Shown here: positions 1-10,874 of the stretch, in pieces | Layout: the number at the start of each line of letters is the position of its first letter | Position numbering within the stretch: the stretch's first letter is position 1 | NCBI GenBank assembly: GCA_004257845.1 | Contig: GCA_004257845.1_4800.1 | DNA from: a phage | Strand: one strand, 5' to 3' | Length of the DNA: 64,000 bases | The notes under the pieces: generated by a model | Database searches by the model: none | What the model was told of the DNA's origin: nothing | What the model saw: only the letters and a program-made list of their open reading frames with translations | Program-made: the position numbers and the translations under genes

Positions 1-102
1 AAAAAAAATGGCCAGAAAAACTGGCCGAAAGATCACCCTTTATCCACTACTAAGCTGGAATCATAATTTTACTTGATATAGCTTGTACAAGCAAACTATA
101 AT

Positions 103-1563
103 ATGAATAAAATATTAACACATAATTGGAAATTCATGTACCAGTTGAATCCTGCTTTAAAAGAAGTCTGGAAGACAAAAGCGCGATACAAAGTAATATA
201 CGGCGGTCGTGCATCTTCCAAATCGCATGATGCCGCTGGTTTTGCTATTTATTTGGCGGCAAACTTCAAATTAAAATTCCTTTGCGTTCGACAATTCCAG
301 AACAAGATTTCTGAATCTGTATATACTCTATTAAAAGACAAAATAGAGATTTCTGATTTCAAAGATGAGTTCAATTTATTAAAGAACTCTATTGAACATA
401 AAAGAACTAAATCTGAATTTCTATTTTACGGTATCGCACGTAACGTTGATGAAATCAAATCAACGGAAGGTGTTGACGTCCTTTGGCTGGAAGAGGCGCA
501 CGCGCTTACTGAAGAACAGTGGGACATTATTGAGCCGACAATACGTAAAGAAGGGTCCGAAATATGGATCATCTTTAACCCTGATGAAGAGGCCGATTTC
601 GTCTATCAAAACTTTGTCATGCGACCGCCGAAGAATGCCATTGTCAAAAAGATAAACTGGCAAGACAATCCATTCTTGTCGCAAACAATGCTGGACGTTA
701 TTGCAGGTATGTACGAGCGTGACCCGAAAAAGGCAGAGCACGTTTATGGCGGCGTGCCGAAGACTGGCGGCGATAAATCTGTAATCAACCGCGCATTCGT
801 TAAGGCCGCGCTTAACCTCCACAAACACCCTACGCTGGGGTGGAGTTTGTCAGGGTCTAACCGTATAGGCTTTGACGTAGCGGACGATGGCGACGACCTT
901 AACGCCACTGCATTCGTTACAGGAAACGTATTGCGCGGCATCAAGACATGGGAAGGTCTGGAAGATGAATTGTTGAAATCGGCAAGCGGAGTTTGGAAAG
1001 ATGCGCTTACATTTGGCGCTTCTATAACTTATGACGCCATCGGTGTCGGCGCTTTTGCTGGTTCAAAATTTGATGAACTGAACGAGTATGCAATACATGA
1101 AAATCCATCATTTCCAAGAATCGAATTTAATGCGTTCAATGCGCAAGGGTCTGTTGATGATCCTGATGACGTTTTTCTTGAATTACCACACGTTGAAATA
1201 CTCAATAAAGACCATTTCGCAAACATAAAAGCGCAAAAGTGGACTGAAATTGCAGAGAGATTCAGAAAGACATACGAATATGCAACTGGGCAAGCCGTAT
1301 ATCCGACTGACGAATTGATTTCAATCGACACCGATGGTATACCGGAACTTGGGATTCCAGCTTGGACTACTGAAGAGATTGAGACGTTTCTTTTTGAGAT
1401 GTCAGCGCCGCGCAAAGATACGTCTGTTCTTGGCAAGTTCAAAGTTGAATCCAAAAAGGATATGGCAAAGCGTGGAGTTAAATCACCTAACAAAGCGGAC
1501 GCAGCAATCATGGCATTGATGAAACCAATCGTTGCAGCATCCGGCTTCTTCTCTAACCTTTAA
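103..1563 (+). CDS. terL: terminase large subunit
   Basis: 486 aa; N-terminal ATPase-like motifs (GGRASSKS Walker A-like, LWLEEAH Walker B-like), Asp-rich C-terminal half; sits upstream of portal. True start could be the internal Met at 136. Confidence 0.75.
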   Translation: MNKILTHNWKFMYQLNPALKEVWKTKARYKVIYGGRASSKSHDAAGFAIYLAANFKLKFLCVRQFQNKISESVYTLLKDKIEISDFKDEFNLLKNSIEHKRTKSEFLFYGIARNVDEIKSTEGVDVLWLEEAHALTEEQWDIIEPTIRKEGSEIWIIFNPDEEADFVYQNFVMRPPKNAIVKKINWQDNPFLSQTMLDVIAGMYERDPKKAEHVYGGVPKTGGDKSVINRAFVKAALNLHKHPTLGWSLSGSNRIGFDVADDGDDLNATAFVTGNVLRGIKTWEGLEDELLKSASGVWKDALTFGASITYDAIGVGAFAGSKFDELNEYAIHENPSFPRIEFNAFNAQGSVDDPDDVFLELPHVEILNKDHFANIKAQKWTEIAERFRKTYEYATGQAVYPTDELISIDTDGIPELGIPAWTTEEIETFLFEMSAPRKDTSVLGKFKVESKKDMAKRGVKSPNKADAAIMALMKPIVAASGFFSNL

Positions 1564-1566
1564 CAA

Positions 1567-1806
1567 TCAAAGCATTCCGTGCTGAAGGTCGAGTTTTCTT
1601 GCAGCAAATGACCTGGCACGGAATCGCTTACCCGCTCTTACTGCCTGCCGAATCTTCTTCTGCATACACTTACGGTCAAAATCGTTGCGGTCAACGGCTT
1701 CGAGTAAATCCCGACGCAAAGCACCTAGTGTCGCCTTTTCGGATACTTCTATGCCCAGCGCGGCTGCAACATCTTTCAAAACATCGAGTTCGGTTAACGT
1801 TCTCAT
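1567..1806 (-). CDS. hypothetical small protein (79 aa), basic helical C-terminus
   Basis: Minus-strand ORF with start overlapping stop of upstream gene (ATGA at 1803-1806); no recognisable motif. Confidence 0.45.
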   Translation of the reverse strand: MRTLTELDVLKDVAAALGIEVSEKATLGALRRDLLEAVDRNDFDRKCMQKKIRQAVRAGKRFRARSFAARKLDLQHGML

Positions 1807-2219
1807 TTGATAATCCCCTTGATGTCTGATTCTGCCATAAAGATTGGAGTGCCGCCGCCAGGAACAATCGAGCGCGTTACTTTGTCAAACATATCGTTTT
1901 CTTCAACTTGAATACGATAAAATTTATTTTTGGATGAAGATGGGCACAATCCCATAAATTTACCAATGCCGCGAACGCATTCATCTTCAAAGTATACCGT
2001 TTCACCTTGAATGGATTCGATGTTTTCAACCGGATATACCTTGCGACTTAAAAGCCATTCATCCATGGTCGCCTGCAACACGTTTCGTGCATCCAAAATC
2101 CAAGGGTCAACTGTGGCACCTTCATATCGCGCAGCAGTGGCTTTTGCCAGCTCTTCATATTCGCATACGTTTACTACTTCGCCTTGATGAAGGACGACAA
2201 ATACAATTGTTGTGCTCAT
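1803..2219 (-). CDS. hypothetical protein (138 aa), first gene of minus-strand moron
   Basis: ORF preceded on minus strand by strong RBS (AAAGGAGATTGAA-ATG) and AT-rich promoter region; no recognisable motif. Confidence 0.5.
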   Translation of the reverse strand: MSTTIVFVVLHQGEVVNVCEYEELAKATAARYEGATVDPWILDARNVLQATMDEWLLSRKVYPVENIESIQGETVYFEDECVRGIGKFMGLCPSSSKNKFYRIQVEENDMFDKVTRSIVPGGGTPIFMAESDIKGIIK

Positions 2220-2224
2220 TTCAA

Positions 2225-2345
2225 TCTCCTTTCGTTTGGTTAACTAAAATATAACTCAAAATGATACAAAAGCAAAATATTTTATGAACTATTTATGATT
2301 ACTGTACATATCATTTGCTTACAAACACATGAATATTTATAATAT
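2225..2345. promoter_or_regulatory. AT-rich divergent promoter region (plus: TTGCTT-17-TATAAT toward portal; minus: TTGCTT-16-TATATT toward moron)
   Basis: Sigma70-like -35/-10 hexamers with correct spacing read on both strands in a 120-bp AT-rich gap between divergent genes. Confidence 0.4.
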
Positions 2346-2382
2346 AGATTGATTCCCTTTCACTGTCAGGTGGCGTTAACAA

Positions 2383-4757
2383 TGAAAATTCTTGGCATAA
2401 AACTCTGGGAGAAGACGCAACCAGAAGCCGAACCAGCGGAGATGCCGCCAGGCGACCCATTGGCACCGTTTGAACGCCTTGAAAGGCGCGGCAGCGGTCA
2501 ACGCTGGGAAAGGACTGAAAGCAATCGACCGACCTTTAAAACGGTTGATGACTTCCCTTTATATGAGCCTGATATTAACGGGGACGGTGTTGCAATCATC
2601 AAAGGTCGCTCAGTAGATTCAGCAACCGTATCCAAAAAAGTTATGGATAATGCTTTGAAGAACATCAGTTCAGAAGGGCAGGTTAATCCATACACAGTAC
2701 CTATTCAGCTGCAAAACTGGTACTTGTCGCAGTCATTCATCGGCTATCAAGCTTGCGCAATTATCGCGCAGCATTGGCTGGTAAACAAGGCTTGCTCGAT
2801 GGTAGGTCGCGATGCAGTACGTAAAGGTTGGGAAGTAAAATCAAGTTCTGAATCAGAATTGTCTGTGCAGGCAAGTGAACGTCTAAAGCAAATTGATAAA
2901 GAATTTAATATCAAAGAGCACTTAGTTGAAGCCGAACGATTCAAAAATATTTTTGGTATCCGCGTCATCATATTTGATGTGCGTAGCGATGACCCAGAAT
3001 ACTACAGTAAACCTTTTAACATTGATGGTGTGACAAAGGGGTCTTATAAGGGGATCATTCAGGTTGACCCTTATTGGATGATGCCATTTCTGACGTCTGA
3101 AAACACCGCCGACCCTGCTTCACAGCACTTCTATGATCCAGAATACTGGGTGATCAGCGGCCAGCGTTATCATCGCAGCCACCTCATAATCTTGCGCAAC
3201 GATGAGCCAGCTGATATTCTCAAGCCGACTTATATTTACGGCGGCATTCCTCTGACTCAGCAGATTTATGAACGCATCTATGCCGCTGAACGTACCGCCA
3301 ACGAAGCGCCATTGCTGGCGATGTCCAAGCGCACAACGACGCTGCGGACCGACGTTGACAAGGCCATTGCCAATGAGCGGTCTTTTGCAGAACGTCTGAT
3401 GATGTGGATCAAGTACCGCGACAACTATGCGGTCAAAGTGCTTGGTCAGAAAGAAGAGATGGACCAGTTTGACATCAACTTGTCAGACTTCGACAGCATC
3501 ATCATGAACCAGTACCAGCTGGTGGCTGCAATCGCAAAAGTTCCGTCGACCAAACTTCTTGGGACTTCGCCAAAAGGCTTTAACGCCACTGGTGAATTTG
3601 AGATGGTCAGCTATCACGAAGAGTTGGAAACGTGCCAGCAACATGACCTGACAAAAATTCTCGACCGCCATTATAAAATCCTTCTCAAATCAGAAGGGGT
3701 GGAAGTCGACGTTAAGGTTGCATGGGAACCAGTCGGCTCACTTACTGCTACTCAACTTGCAGAAATCAACGACAAGCGAGCTAACACTGGCAAAACTCTC
3801 ATTGATGCTGGCGTCATTTCTCCTGATGAAGAGCGCGACCGCATCAAAGACGACAAAAACAGCGGCTACAACCGTCTGCCGGAAGACGCAGCAGAAGAAA
3901 CCCCAGGGATGTCTCCAGAGAATATGGCATTGCTTGGCAAGTCTGCTGGTGAAGTCCTGCAAGGTAAGGCCGATATTGAACAGGCGAAAGCTGATGTCGT
4001 TAAGATGGGCGGCCAGTTCTATAGCGAAACAGGTATCATGCCAGAAGGTGCCGCGCGTGGTGAGTTGGCGGAAAACCCTGACAGAGCGCCTGTCGAAATC
4101 AACATGGACGATACCGATGATGAATCAAGCCATCAGGTTGATGTCCTAACGCAGTTGAAAGAAGGTCTGGAGGGTATTTCTGATTACTACCTAAAAGAAG
4201 GTCAGGATGTGGATTTTGACCCTCAAAAAGATTCACGGTCGGTGCAACCGTCTACCCTTCCAAGCGTTAAAGGACACGTCGTCAACTTACGCCACAACGT
4301 GGGTAAAATGGACGAAGCAGCATTACCTAAGATGAAGTTGCACGGAATGATTCTTGGCATTGAGAATCCGCGCAACAGCATTCGTAGAGGAAACAGCCTT
4401 GACGGTGAATGGGCTGTGAAGATGCCGCACCATTACGGATTCATCAAGGGCACCAAGGGTGCGGACGGCGATGAAGTCGACTGCTTTGTGGGTCCAAATC
4501 TGAAGTCGCCGAAAGTCTTTATCGTGAACCAAAACGATAACTACTCTGGCGAGTTTGATGAACACAAGTGCATGCTTGGATTCGATTCAGCAGAAGAAGC
4601 GAAAGAAGCTTATCAAGCATCATTTGGGAACGGCTGGAACGGATTCGACTCAATCCACGAATTGGATGTGAACTCATTCAAGGAGTGGTTGAAGGGTGAC
4701 TGCTCTCAAGCATACGGAGCACTCAATAATCCTACTAATTCACCGAAGCAAGGTTGA
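2383..4757 (+). CDS. portal protein with C-terminal inorganic-pyrophosphatase-like domain
   Basis: Long ORF after terminase with portal-like N-terminal ~470 aa; acidic linker; C-terminal ~160 aa contains HYGFI and DGDEVDC, matching the family I pyrophosphatase signature D-[SGDN]-D-[PE]-[LIVMF]-D-[LIVMGAC]. Start set at ATG 2383 (RBS AGGTGG) rather than TTG 2349. Confidence 0.6.
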
Positions 4758-4758
4758 T

Positions 4759-5610
4759 ATGGCTTTTAAAGCTTCGAAAAAACGTGAACGCCGCTCACCC
4801 GATAGAATCGGGCGCGGCAGTCCGATAATCCCATCAAACGCTATTGCGATGGCCTACCGTCGTGAGATGAAAGGTCTTTGCTATGCGATGATTGATGACT
4901 ATCAGGCAGGAATTTCAGAGTGGCTTGAAAAGAAGCAGGTGCAGAAGTTCTTTGCGCAAGACTCTGCTGATTCAACATTCCAAACTCTTATGAAACGTCT
5001 GCAGCTGAAATGGGCAAAGGCGTTTGCTCGTGTTGGGTCGAAGATTGCCGCTGATTTTATCAAGTCGGTTGAAAAGGGCGCTACTTCTGCTACATTTGCA
5101 AGTCTTAAGTCCGCAGGCATAGAAGCGCCAAAGGCCACATATAACAAATTCGTTGAGAACACTCTTAGAACAAGCGAGACGTTCAACACGACTCTAGTGA
5201 CTAAGGTTGGCGAGGATATTCACAACAGAGTGTACGAAGCAGTCATGCTTTCGCTGACTTCGCCCGACCCAGCCCAGCAAGGCACGTCAGGCATTCAGGC
5301 GGCGCTGCGAAACGTAAAACACTTCTCTGCAAAGAGAGTCGACTTAATCGCTAAAGACCAGACAAGCAAATTGTATTGCGTTCTAAGCGATGAAAGGATG
5401 CGACAGAATGGAGTTGAAGAATTTGAATGGTCGCACTCAGGAGCAGGGAAGGAGCCGCGAATCTCTCATGAACATGTCGACGGAATGAGATTCAAACTTG
5501 ATGACAAGCGTCTATGGGAAGTGGGCGGAGAGTTGAAGTTCAAAAAGGGTGACATCGGCCCTCCTGGATGGGCGATACGCTGCAAGTGCAGAAAAATACC
5601 AATCATTTGA
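4759..5610 (+). CDS. head morphogenesis protein (MuF / SPP1 gp7-like)
   Basis: Position immediately after portal; size and sequence character typical of MuF-like minor head proteins; start at ATG 4759 abutting portal stop. Confidence 0.45.
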   Translation: MAFKASKKRERRSPDRIGRGSPIIPSNAIAMAYRREMKGLCYAMIDDYQAGISEWLEKKQVQKFFAQDSADSTFQTLMKRLQLKWAKAFARVGSKIAADFIKSVEKGATSATFASLKSAGIEAPKATYNKFVENTLRTSETFNTTLVTKVGEDIHNRVYEAVMLSLTSPDPAQQGTSGIQAALRNVKHFSAKRVDLIAKDQTSKLYCVLSDERMRQNGVEEFEWSHSGAGKEPRISHEHVDGMRFKLDDKRLWEVGGELKFKKGDIGPPGWAIRCKCRKIPII

Positions 5611-5617
5611 GGTCATT

Positions 5618-6538
5618 ATGACGATACCAATCAGCACGTTTCCTCTATCTGGACAAACGCCAGTATTACCTGCTGTATATGCGAACGGTTTGGCGATTGT
5701 TTCAGAATTTACATCCGATAAAAATTTGATTGTTCCATTGAGTCCGCCATTGGCATCTGGATACAATTCAGTCGGACAATTCTTTATGATTGGCAATGAT
5801 GGCGATTCGACCAGCAAGCCTAATCTGACATTGTCTGTACCTAAGATGGACATCACAGATGTTCAAACTGGCTTGACTGCATCAACAATCACCATTGCTT
5901 TTGGAGAAGCGGTGATTATAGGAATGGAGTCTGGAGGGTCCAAGAATGCTGTCGCCGTTAAGGTAGTCAAATCCAGCGACAACCAATACACGTTACCAGC
6001 TGCGACGGCTTCCGTTCTCGGCGGCGTCAAAATAGGAAGCGGAATAAGCGTCGCAGGTGACGGTACAATTAGCGTTACTCAATACTCATTGCCGATTGCG
6101 TCAGCATCTACTTTAGGCGGCGTAAAGGTCGGTACAACTCTATCAATTGATGGTTCCGGTGTGCTTAACGCAGCGGAAAGCACCGTCCAGAATGCCATGA
6201 ACAGTGTTAGCAATCCTCCAACCACTTTGGTTAATCTGGCAACCTTAAACCTTCCTGCAGGAAAGTGGCTTGTGACGGCAAGTCAGTTGACTGTCGCGAC
6301 AGCAGGAATTCAAGCGAATACCGGAATTACAGCCAAATTGTCAACAAGCGATTCAGATATTACGGATGATGCATTTACGATGTCAGCTGGCATTCGGGCT
6401 GCAGGTCGTTTCGGCGGCAATATTCCAACAAAGATAATTACTCTTGCCGCGCCTGGCAACGTGTATCTAAACTATCAATGCACAGATGCGTTGACATCTA
6501 CCGTTTACGGACAGATCACCGCAATTAAGCTGAACTAA
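5618..6538 (+). CDS. virion protein with fiber-like repeats
   Basis: Repeated ...AS(V/T)LGGVK(I/V)G... blocks (three copies) resembling phage fiber repeat units; start at ATG 5618. Confidence 0.4.
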   Translation: MTIPISTFPLSGQTPVLPAVYANGLAIVSEFTSDKNLIVPLSPPLASGYNSVGQFFMIGNDGDSTSKPNLTLSVPKMDITDVQTGLTASTITIAFGEAVIIGMESGGSKNAVAVKVVKSSDNQYTLPAATASVLGGVKIGSGISVAGDGTISVTQYSLPIASASTLGGVKVGTTLSIDGSGVLNAAESTVQNAMNSVSNPPTTLVNLATLNLPAGKWLVTASQLTVATAGIQANTGITAKLSTSDSDITDDAFTMSAGIRAAGRFGGNIPTKIITLAAPGNVYLNYQCTDALTSTVYGQITAIKLN

Positions 6539-6718
6539 AGAGGAAGTTATGCAAAAGATTATTCAGTCACGTTATGTTAAAGTGCGAAATATTAATTGCA
6601 ACTCTTTGCTTTCTTGGAAATGGGCTGTTTACGACTCGATGTTAATTGGCGTTTTAGTTGCAGGAGTGCTATTTAATATTCACTGAATTCATCGGCAAAG
6701 GATTGCCGCGAGTTTTAT

Positions 6719-6994
6719 ACGTATAATGACGTATCATACGTATCAAGTAAGTTATTGTTTTCAAAAGAATCTTACGGATGATACGGATGATACGCGTTGC
6801 CGCCGTACTATATAGGAATTCAAATAAATTAATTTAAAATTATATATCTAATTTAATTTTATTTTTTTATAAACTCTTATATATGAAAAGTATCCGTATC
6901 ATCCGTATCATCCGTAGCACACCAGTGATAGCGCGGCTTATACACCGATACGGATAAAAATACGCCTCATTTTATCCGTATCATCCGTATCACA
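6719..6994. repeat. iteron/inverted-repeat element A around an AT-rich core
   Basis: CGTATAATGACGTA (6719-6733); direct CTTACGGATGATACGGATGATACGCG (6771-6796); AT-rich 6817-6890; inverted TATCCGTATCATCCGTATCATCCGTA (6891-6916) and TATCCGTATCATCCGTATCAC (6974-6994). A near-identical element occurs at 59124-59410. Confidence 0.7.
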
Positions 6995-7107
6995 CTAATA
7001 AAGGCGCGGCTATATCGGTTGTTATACATATTCAAACCATAATTATTGTTTGCCTAAGTTTTTTTCATTAGATATAATACACAATACTTATTTGAGGGTG
7101 GATGCGA

Positions 7108-8520
7108 ATGCAAACGGCACGCGAAATTGACAAAAATGGATTCTTGACGATTATGGGTTGTCCAATTTCGTCATTTGGCATTTTTGATTATTCTGCTGGT
7201 CAAGTTGGTCTTGATGGTGATCCGAATCGCATCGTAAAAGTCTATCGCCCTGAGTCAGCGGTGAAAGACCCCGAAGCGATAGATTCATTCAAAAATATCC
7301 CTTTCATCGACAATCACGAAATGCTTTCTGGATTTGAAGGTGATGAGGATAACACAGCACCCGAAGAGTATGGAGTTGATGGCGTTCTGACTGGCAATGT
7401 TTATTATGACAAGCCATGGATGCGCGGCGACCTTAAAGTGTTTAGCCGTCGTCTGAAGAAGGCCATTGATTCTGGAAAGGTTGACTTGTCTTTGGGCTAT
7501 GACTGTGAATTCATCATACAGTCTGGAGAGTTTGACGGGCAGCCGTATGAAGTGGTGCAGACAACTCTTCGCGGCAACCACATTGCTCTCGTGGACGTTG
7601 GTCGAGTACCAGGTGCACGGGTGCTGGATGGTCGTTGCTTTGACCATCTTTGTTTGACGACTGTAACACCATCCAACGAGGATTTAGACATGCCAAAACC
7701 GTTAAAAGGTAAAGCGCGTGATAATGCTGTTGAACAGCTGAAATCACTGATCCCTGCGCTCGAACAATTTCTGAATGAAGAGAGCACTGAAGCTGCTCAT
7801 CAGGACGAAGTTGAAGTGAAAGCAGAAGAGAAGGACTCAACCGAAAATCGTGAAGAAGTAATGGTTGATCCAGAAGTCAAGGCAGAAGCAGAAGAAACCC
7901 CAGAAGGTGAAGAGAAGTTTGAAGTTGAAACTGAATCTAACGCTGGCGGCGAACTTCCGCAATTGATCAGCCAAATCGAAGCACTTATTGCAAAACTGAA
8001 AGGTGGCGCGGTAGGTGATGAAGAAGAAGTTGAAGCCGAAGTCAAAGACGAAGAAGTTGAAGTCAAGGCTGAAGATGTATCACCTTGCGACAAAGCTGAA
8101 GATGTGGTTAGCGGCCTGCAAAACAGCAACGTAAAGGGGGCTTCGGTCGAAAAAGATGACAAACCGACAAAAGCGGCGAAAGCGTCGCCAGGTCCAGCAA
8201 AAGGGGAACACTCAATGGCATCTGATTCAGCAGTTGCTGCTTTCTACGCTGATTCTGCTCGTAAGAATAGCCTCTACCAGCGCCTGTCTAAAGTTGTTGG
8301 TGCCTTTGATCATGCAACTATGGACTCCAAGTCCGTAGCGAAATATGGCGCTAAAAAGTTAGGCTTGAAGTGCGTTGATGGCGCTGAGTTTGACGTGGTG
8401 GATAACTATCTGCGCGGCGTTGAACACGGTCAAAAACAGCGTGTAGTCGCAAAACAAAAGGCCGCTGCGGATTCTGCAGCAACTGACGAAGCATTTGAAG
8501 CTTGGTTGAAAGGGGAATAA
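7108..8520 (+). CDS. putative prohead protease / scaffolding protein (XkdF/DUF2213-like N-terminus, Glu-rich scaffold-like C-terminus)
   Basis: Position directly upstream of decoration-like and capsid genes; long acidic low-complexity E/V/K repeat region at 7800-8100; RBS GAGGGTGG before ATG 7108. Confidence 0.4.
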   Translation: MQTAREIDKNGFLTIMGCPISSFGIFDYSAGQVGLDGDPNRIVKVYRPESAVKDPEAIDSFKNIPFIDNHEMLSGFEGDEDNTAPEEYGVDGVLTGNVYYDKPWMRGDLKVFSRRLKKAIDSGKVDLSLGYDCEFIIQSGEFDGQPYEVVQTTLRGNHIALVDVGRVPGARVLDGRCFDHLCLTTVTPSNEDLDMPKPLKGKARDNAVEQLKSLIPALEQFLNEESTEAAHQDEVEVKAEEKDSTENREEVMVDPEVKAEAEETPEGEEKFEVETESNAGGELPQLISQIEALIAKLKGGAVGDEEEVEAEVKDEEVEVKAEDVSPCDKAEDVVSGLQNSNVKGASVEKDDKPTKAAKASPGPAKGEHSMASDSAVAAFYADSARKNSLYQRLSKVVGAFDHATMDSKSVAKYGAKKLGLKCVDGAEFDVVDNYLRGVEHGQKQRVVAKQKAAADSAATDEAFEAWLKGE

Positions 8521-8522
8521 AC

Positions 8523-9140
8523 ATGACTTTCCAAACTAGTGTAGGCCGTCAATATACAACTGGCTTTCCTGGCGACATCGTTCGCGACGGCCCACAGCGT
8601 GGGAAGCCAGGTCGAATCGTTAGCGCCAACGAAGGTGCAAACGTAAACGCCATCAGCCGTGTGTTTGGTTTTAAAGCTGACGTATCTTTAATGGGCACTG
8701 GCCAAACCAAAACCTTGGGCGCGCAGGACTTTGAAGTTGAACTGGGCGGCACCAATTACTATGGCATCCTTGGCAACAGCAAGCGTTACGCTCTGTATGG
8801 CAACTCTACTGGGCCTTTGGGTGCCAGCATGGTTCTGCCTCAATATAGCGAAGGCGAGTTTTACGATATGTGCACGGGCCTCGTAGTTGAAGTATTCAAC
8901 CCTGGCACCAGTCCGCAGACGCTGAACTACGGCGACCTGCTCGCTTATGTACCTAAAGGCATTTCCAGCGGCAACAACCCGAACAACTTGCCTATCGGTG
9001 CAATTATCGCCTATACTGGCTCACTGCCAACTGGCATGGCTGCCATTCCAGGCGGTATCGTGATTGACCCGACTGCTATTGCCCTTTCCGGCCCAAGCGT
9101 CCAGTCTTCCACTTATACCATTGTACAATTGACTCGTTAA
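8523..9140 (+). CDS. putative head structural/decoration protein
   Basis: Gly/Ser-rich 205-aa ORF between scaffold-like and capsid genes. Confidence 0.35.
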   Translation: MTFQTSVGRQYTTGFPGDIVRDGPQRGKPGRIVSANEGANVNAISRVFGFKADVSLMGTGQTKTLGAQDFEVELGGTNYYGILGNSKRYALYGNSTGPLGASMVLPQYSEGEFYDMCTGLVVEVFNPGTSPQTLNYGDLLAYVPKGISSGNNPNNLPIGAIIAYTGSLPTGMAAIPGGIVIDPTAIALSGPSVQSSTYTIVQLTR

Positions 9141-9154
9141 TAGGCAGGTGAATA

Positions 9155-10294
9155 ATGACTCGCATTAGCCAAACACACTCTCGCCTCCCAGCGAGCAAGG
9201 TGCGCCCTTTTGATATGCAATCCGTTACCGACGCGGCTGTTTCCCAGCTTGCTCGTATCGGTATTGTGTTTGATTCCGCGATTGTGCGTGATCAGATTGA
9301 GCACTTAAACCGTGCAGGCGCTTTCCGCGTAGGTGATGCCGCGTTTACTGCGCCGCAGACCACTCCGTCAATCCCGACCCCGTTGCAGTTCCTGCAGCAG
9401 TGGTTGCCTGGCTTCGTCAAAATCATGACCGCCGCTCGTAAAATCGACGAGCTGGTTGGTATTGATACCGTTGGTCAGTGGGAAGATGCAGAAATCGTTC
9501 AGGGTATCGTTGAACCAGCTGGCACCGCAGTTGAATATGGTGATTTCACCTCTATTCCTCTGGCAAGCTGGAACGTAAACTTTGAACGTCGTTCTATCGT
9601 TCGTGGCGAAATGGGCATGGCAGTTGGTATGCTGGAAGAAGGCCGCGCGTCTGCGATGCGTCTGAACTCCGCAGAAACCAAGCGCCAGCAGGCTGCTGTA
9701 TCTCTGGAAATCATGCGTAACGCAATCGGCTTCTATGGCTGGTACAACGGGAACAACCGTACATTCGGCTTCCTGAATGATCCAAATCTGCCAGCGGCGA
9801 TGACTTCCAACACCACTTCCGGCTGGGCTACTGCGACCTTCCAACAGGTGACTGCAGACATCCGTTTGATGGTTCGTCAAATTCGTGTGAACTCTCAGGA
9901 CCAGATTGATCCAGAGAAGGTTGACATGACTCTGGCACTGCCGACCAACTCTATCGATTGGCTGTCCAACACCACTGACTTCGGTATTTCTGTACGTGAC
10001 TGGATCACCCAGACTTATCCGAAGATGAAGATCAAGTCTGCACCGGAACTCAACGGCGCACTTGGCAGCGACCCGACTTTCTTGAACGTGGCATACCTGT
10101 ACGCTGATCACATCGATTCCTCAATCGATGGTTCAAGCGATGATGGTTCCGTATTCAGTCAGCTGGTTCAGACCAAGTTCATGACTCTGGGCGTTGAAAA
10201 GCGTGCTAAGAGCTACGTCGAAGACTACGCAAACGCAACAGCAGGCGTTCTGCTCAAGCGTCCTTTCGCAGTCGTCCGTATGACTGGTATTTAA
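9155..10294 (+). CDS. major capsid protein
   Basis: 379-aa ORF in canonical position after scaffold-like and decoration-like genes; RBS AGGCAGGTGA. Confidence 0.5.
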   Translation: MTRISQTHSRLPASKVRPFDMQSVTDAAVSQLARIGIVFDSAIVRDQIEHLNRAGAFRVGDAAFTAPQTTPSIPTPLQFLQQWLPGFVKIMTAARKIDELVGIDTVGQWEDAEIVQGIVEPAGTAVEYGDFTSIPLASWNVNFERRSIVRGEMGMAVGMLEEGRASAMRLNSAETKRQQAAVSLEIMRNAIGFYGWYNGNNRTFGFLNDPNLPAAMTSNTTSGWATATFQQVTADIRLMVRQIRVNSQDQIDPEKVDMTLALPTNSIDWLSNTTDFGISVRDWITQTYPKMKIKSAPELNGALGSDPTFLNVAYLYADHIDSSIDGSSDDGSVFSQLVQTKFMTLGVEKRAKSYVEDYANATAGVLLKRPFAVVRMTGI

Positions 10295-10409
10295 TTGCTG
10301 TGATTACACAGTAAAACACATGGGGCGTGGTCGAAAGGCTTCGCCCCATATCAATAGACCTCAAGGGCTGTAGGGGCTTATCTGAGGCTTATATAAATAG
10401 GACTACAAA

Positions 10410-10874
10410 ATGTCAAAATACATCGTTTCAACTATGTCTATGTCAGTAAACTACACCTTCTATACGGAAGTGAAAGAAAACCCGAATGCAAAAGCTGGTT
10501 CAGGCGCTCTTCCAAATATTCGCAAACAGATTCTAATCAAGGGCGGCGCTGGTCTTACTTCAGCAACTTCCGGCTTTGGTGAAATGGCAAAAGGCGCTGA
10601 CGGTGCACCTTTGTGGACTCCTGAAGGAATCGTCACCGTTGTAAGCGATGCAGATTTTGAGCATCTGAAAGATCATCACGTATTTAAGCAGCATCTTGAA
10701 AAAGGTTTGGTGAAAGTCGTAAATCACGACATTGTTGGCAATCACAAAGCCGTCGCTAAAGAAGTTCGCGGCATGTCAGACGACCCGTTTGCGCCTATGA
10801 CGCGCGAAACTGCTGACAAGCGCATCAAGGTGAAATTGAGCGGCGACCAAGAAGATGATTTATTCCGCGTTTAA
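10410..10874 (+). CDS. hypothetical virion protein
   Basis: ORF in head-tail joining region. Confidence 0.4.
   Translation: MSKYIVSTMSMSVNYTFYTEVKENPNAKAGSGALPNIRKQILIKGGAGLTSATSGFGEMAKGADGAPLWTPEGIVTVVSDADFEHLKDHHVFKQHLEKGLVKVVNHDIVGNHKAVAKEVRGMSDDPFAPMTRETADKRIKVKLSGDQEDDLFRV

Noticed and set aside
1-30. Hairpin GGCCAG-N5-CTGGCC preceded by an A-run at the window start as a terminator
   Set aside because: It would act only on the minus strand and the upstream context is outside the window, so it cannot be assessed.
9368-10111. 247-aa minus-strand ORF inside the capsid gene
   Set aside because: Antisense shadow ORF wholly inside a well-supported plus-strand gene; same reasoning applied to other embedded track ORFs (e.g. 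460-828, 18243-18887, 27045-27638, 32049-32702).
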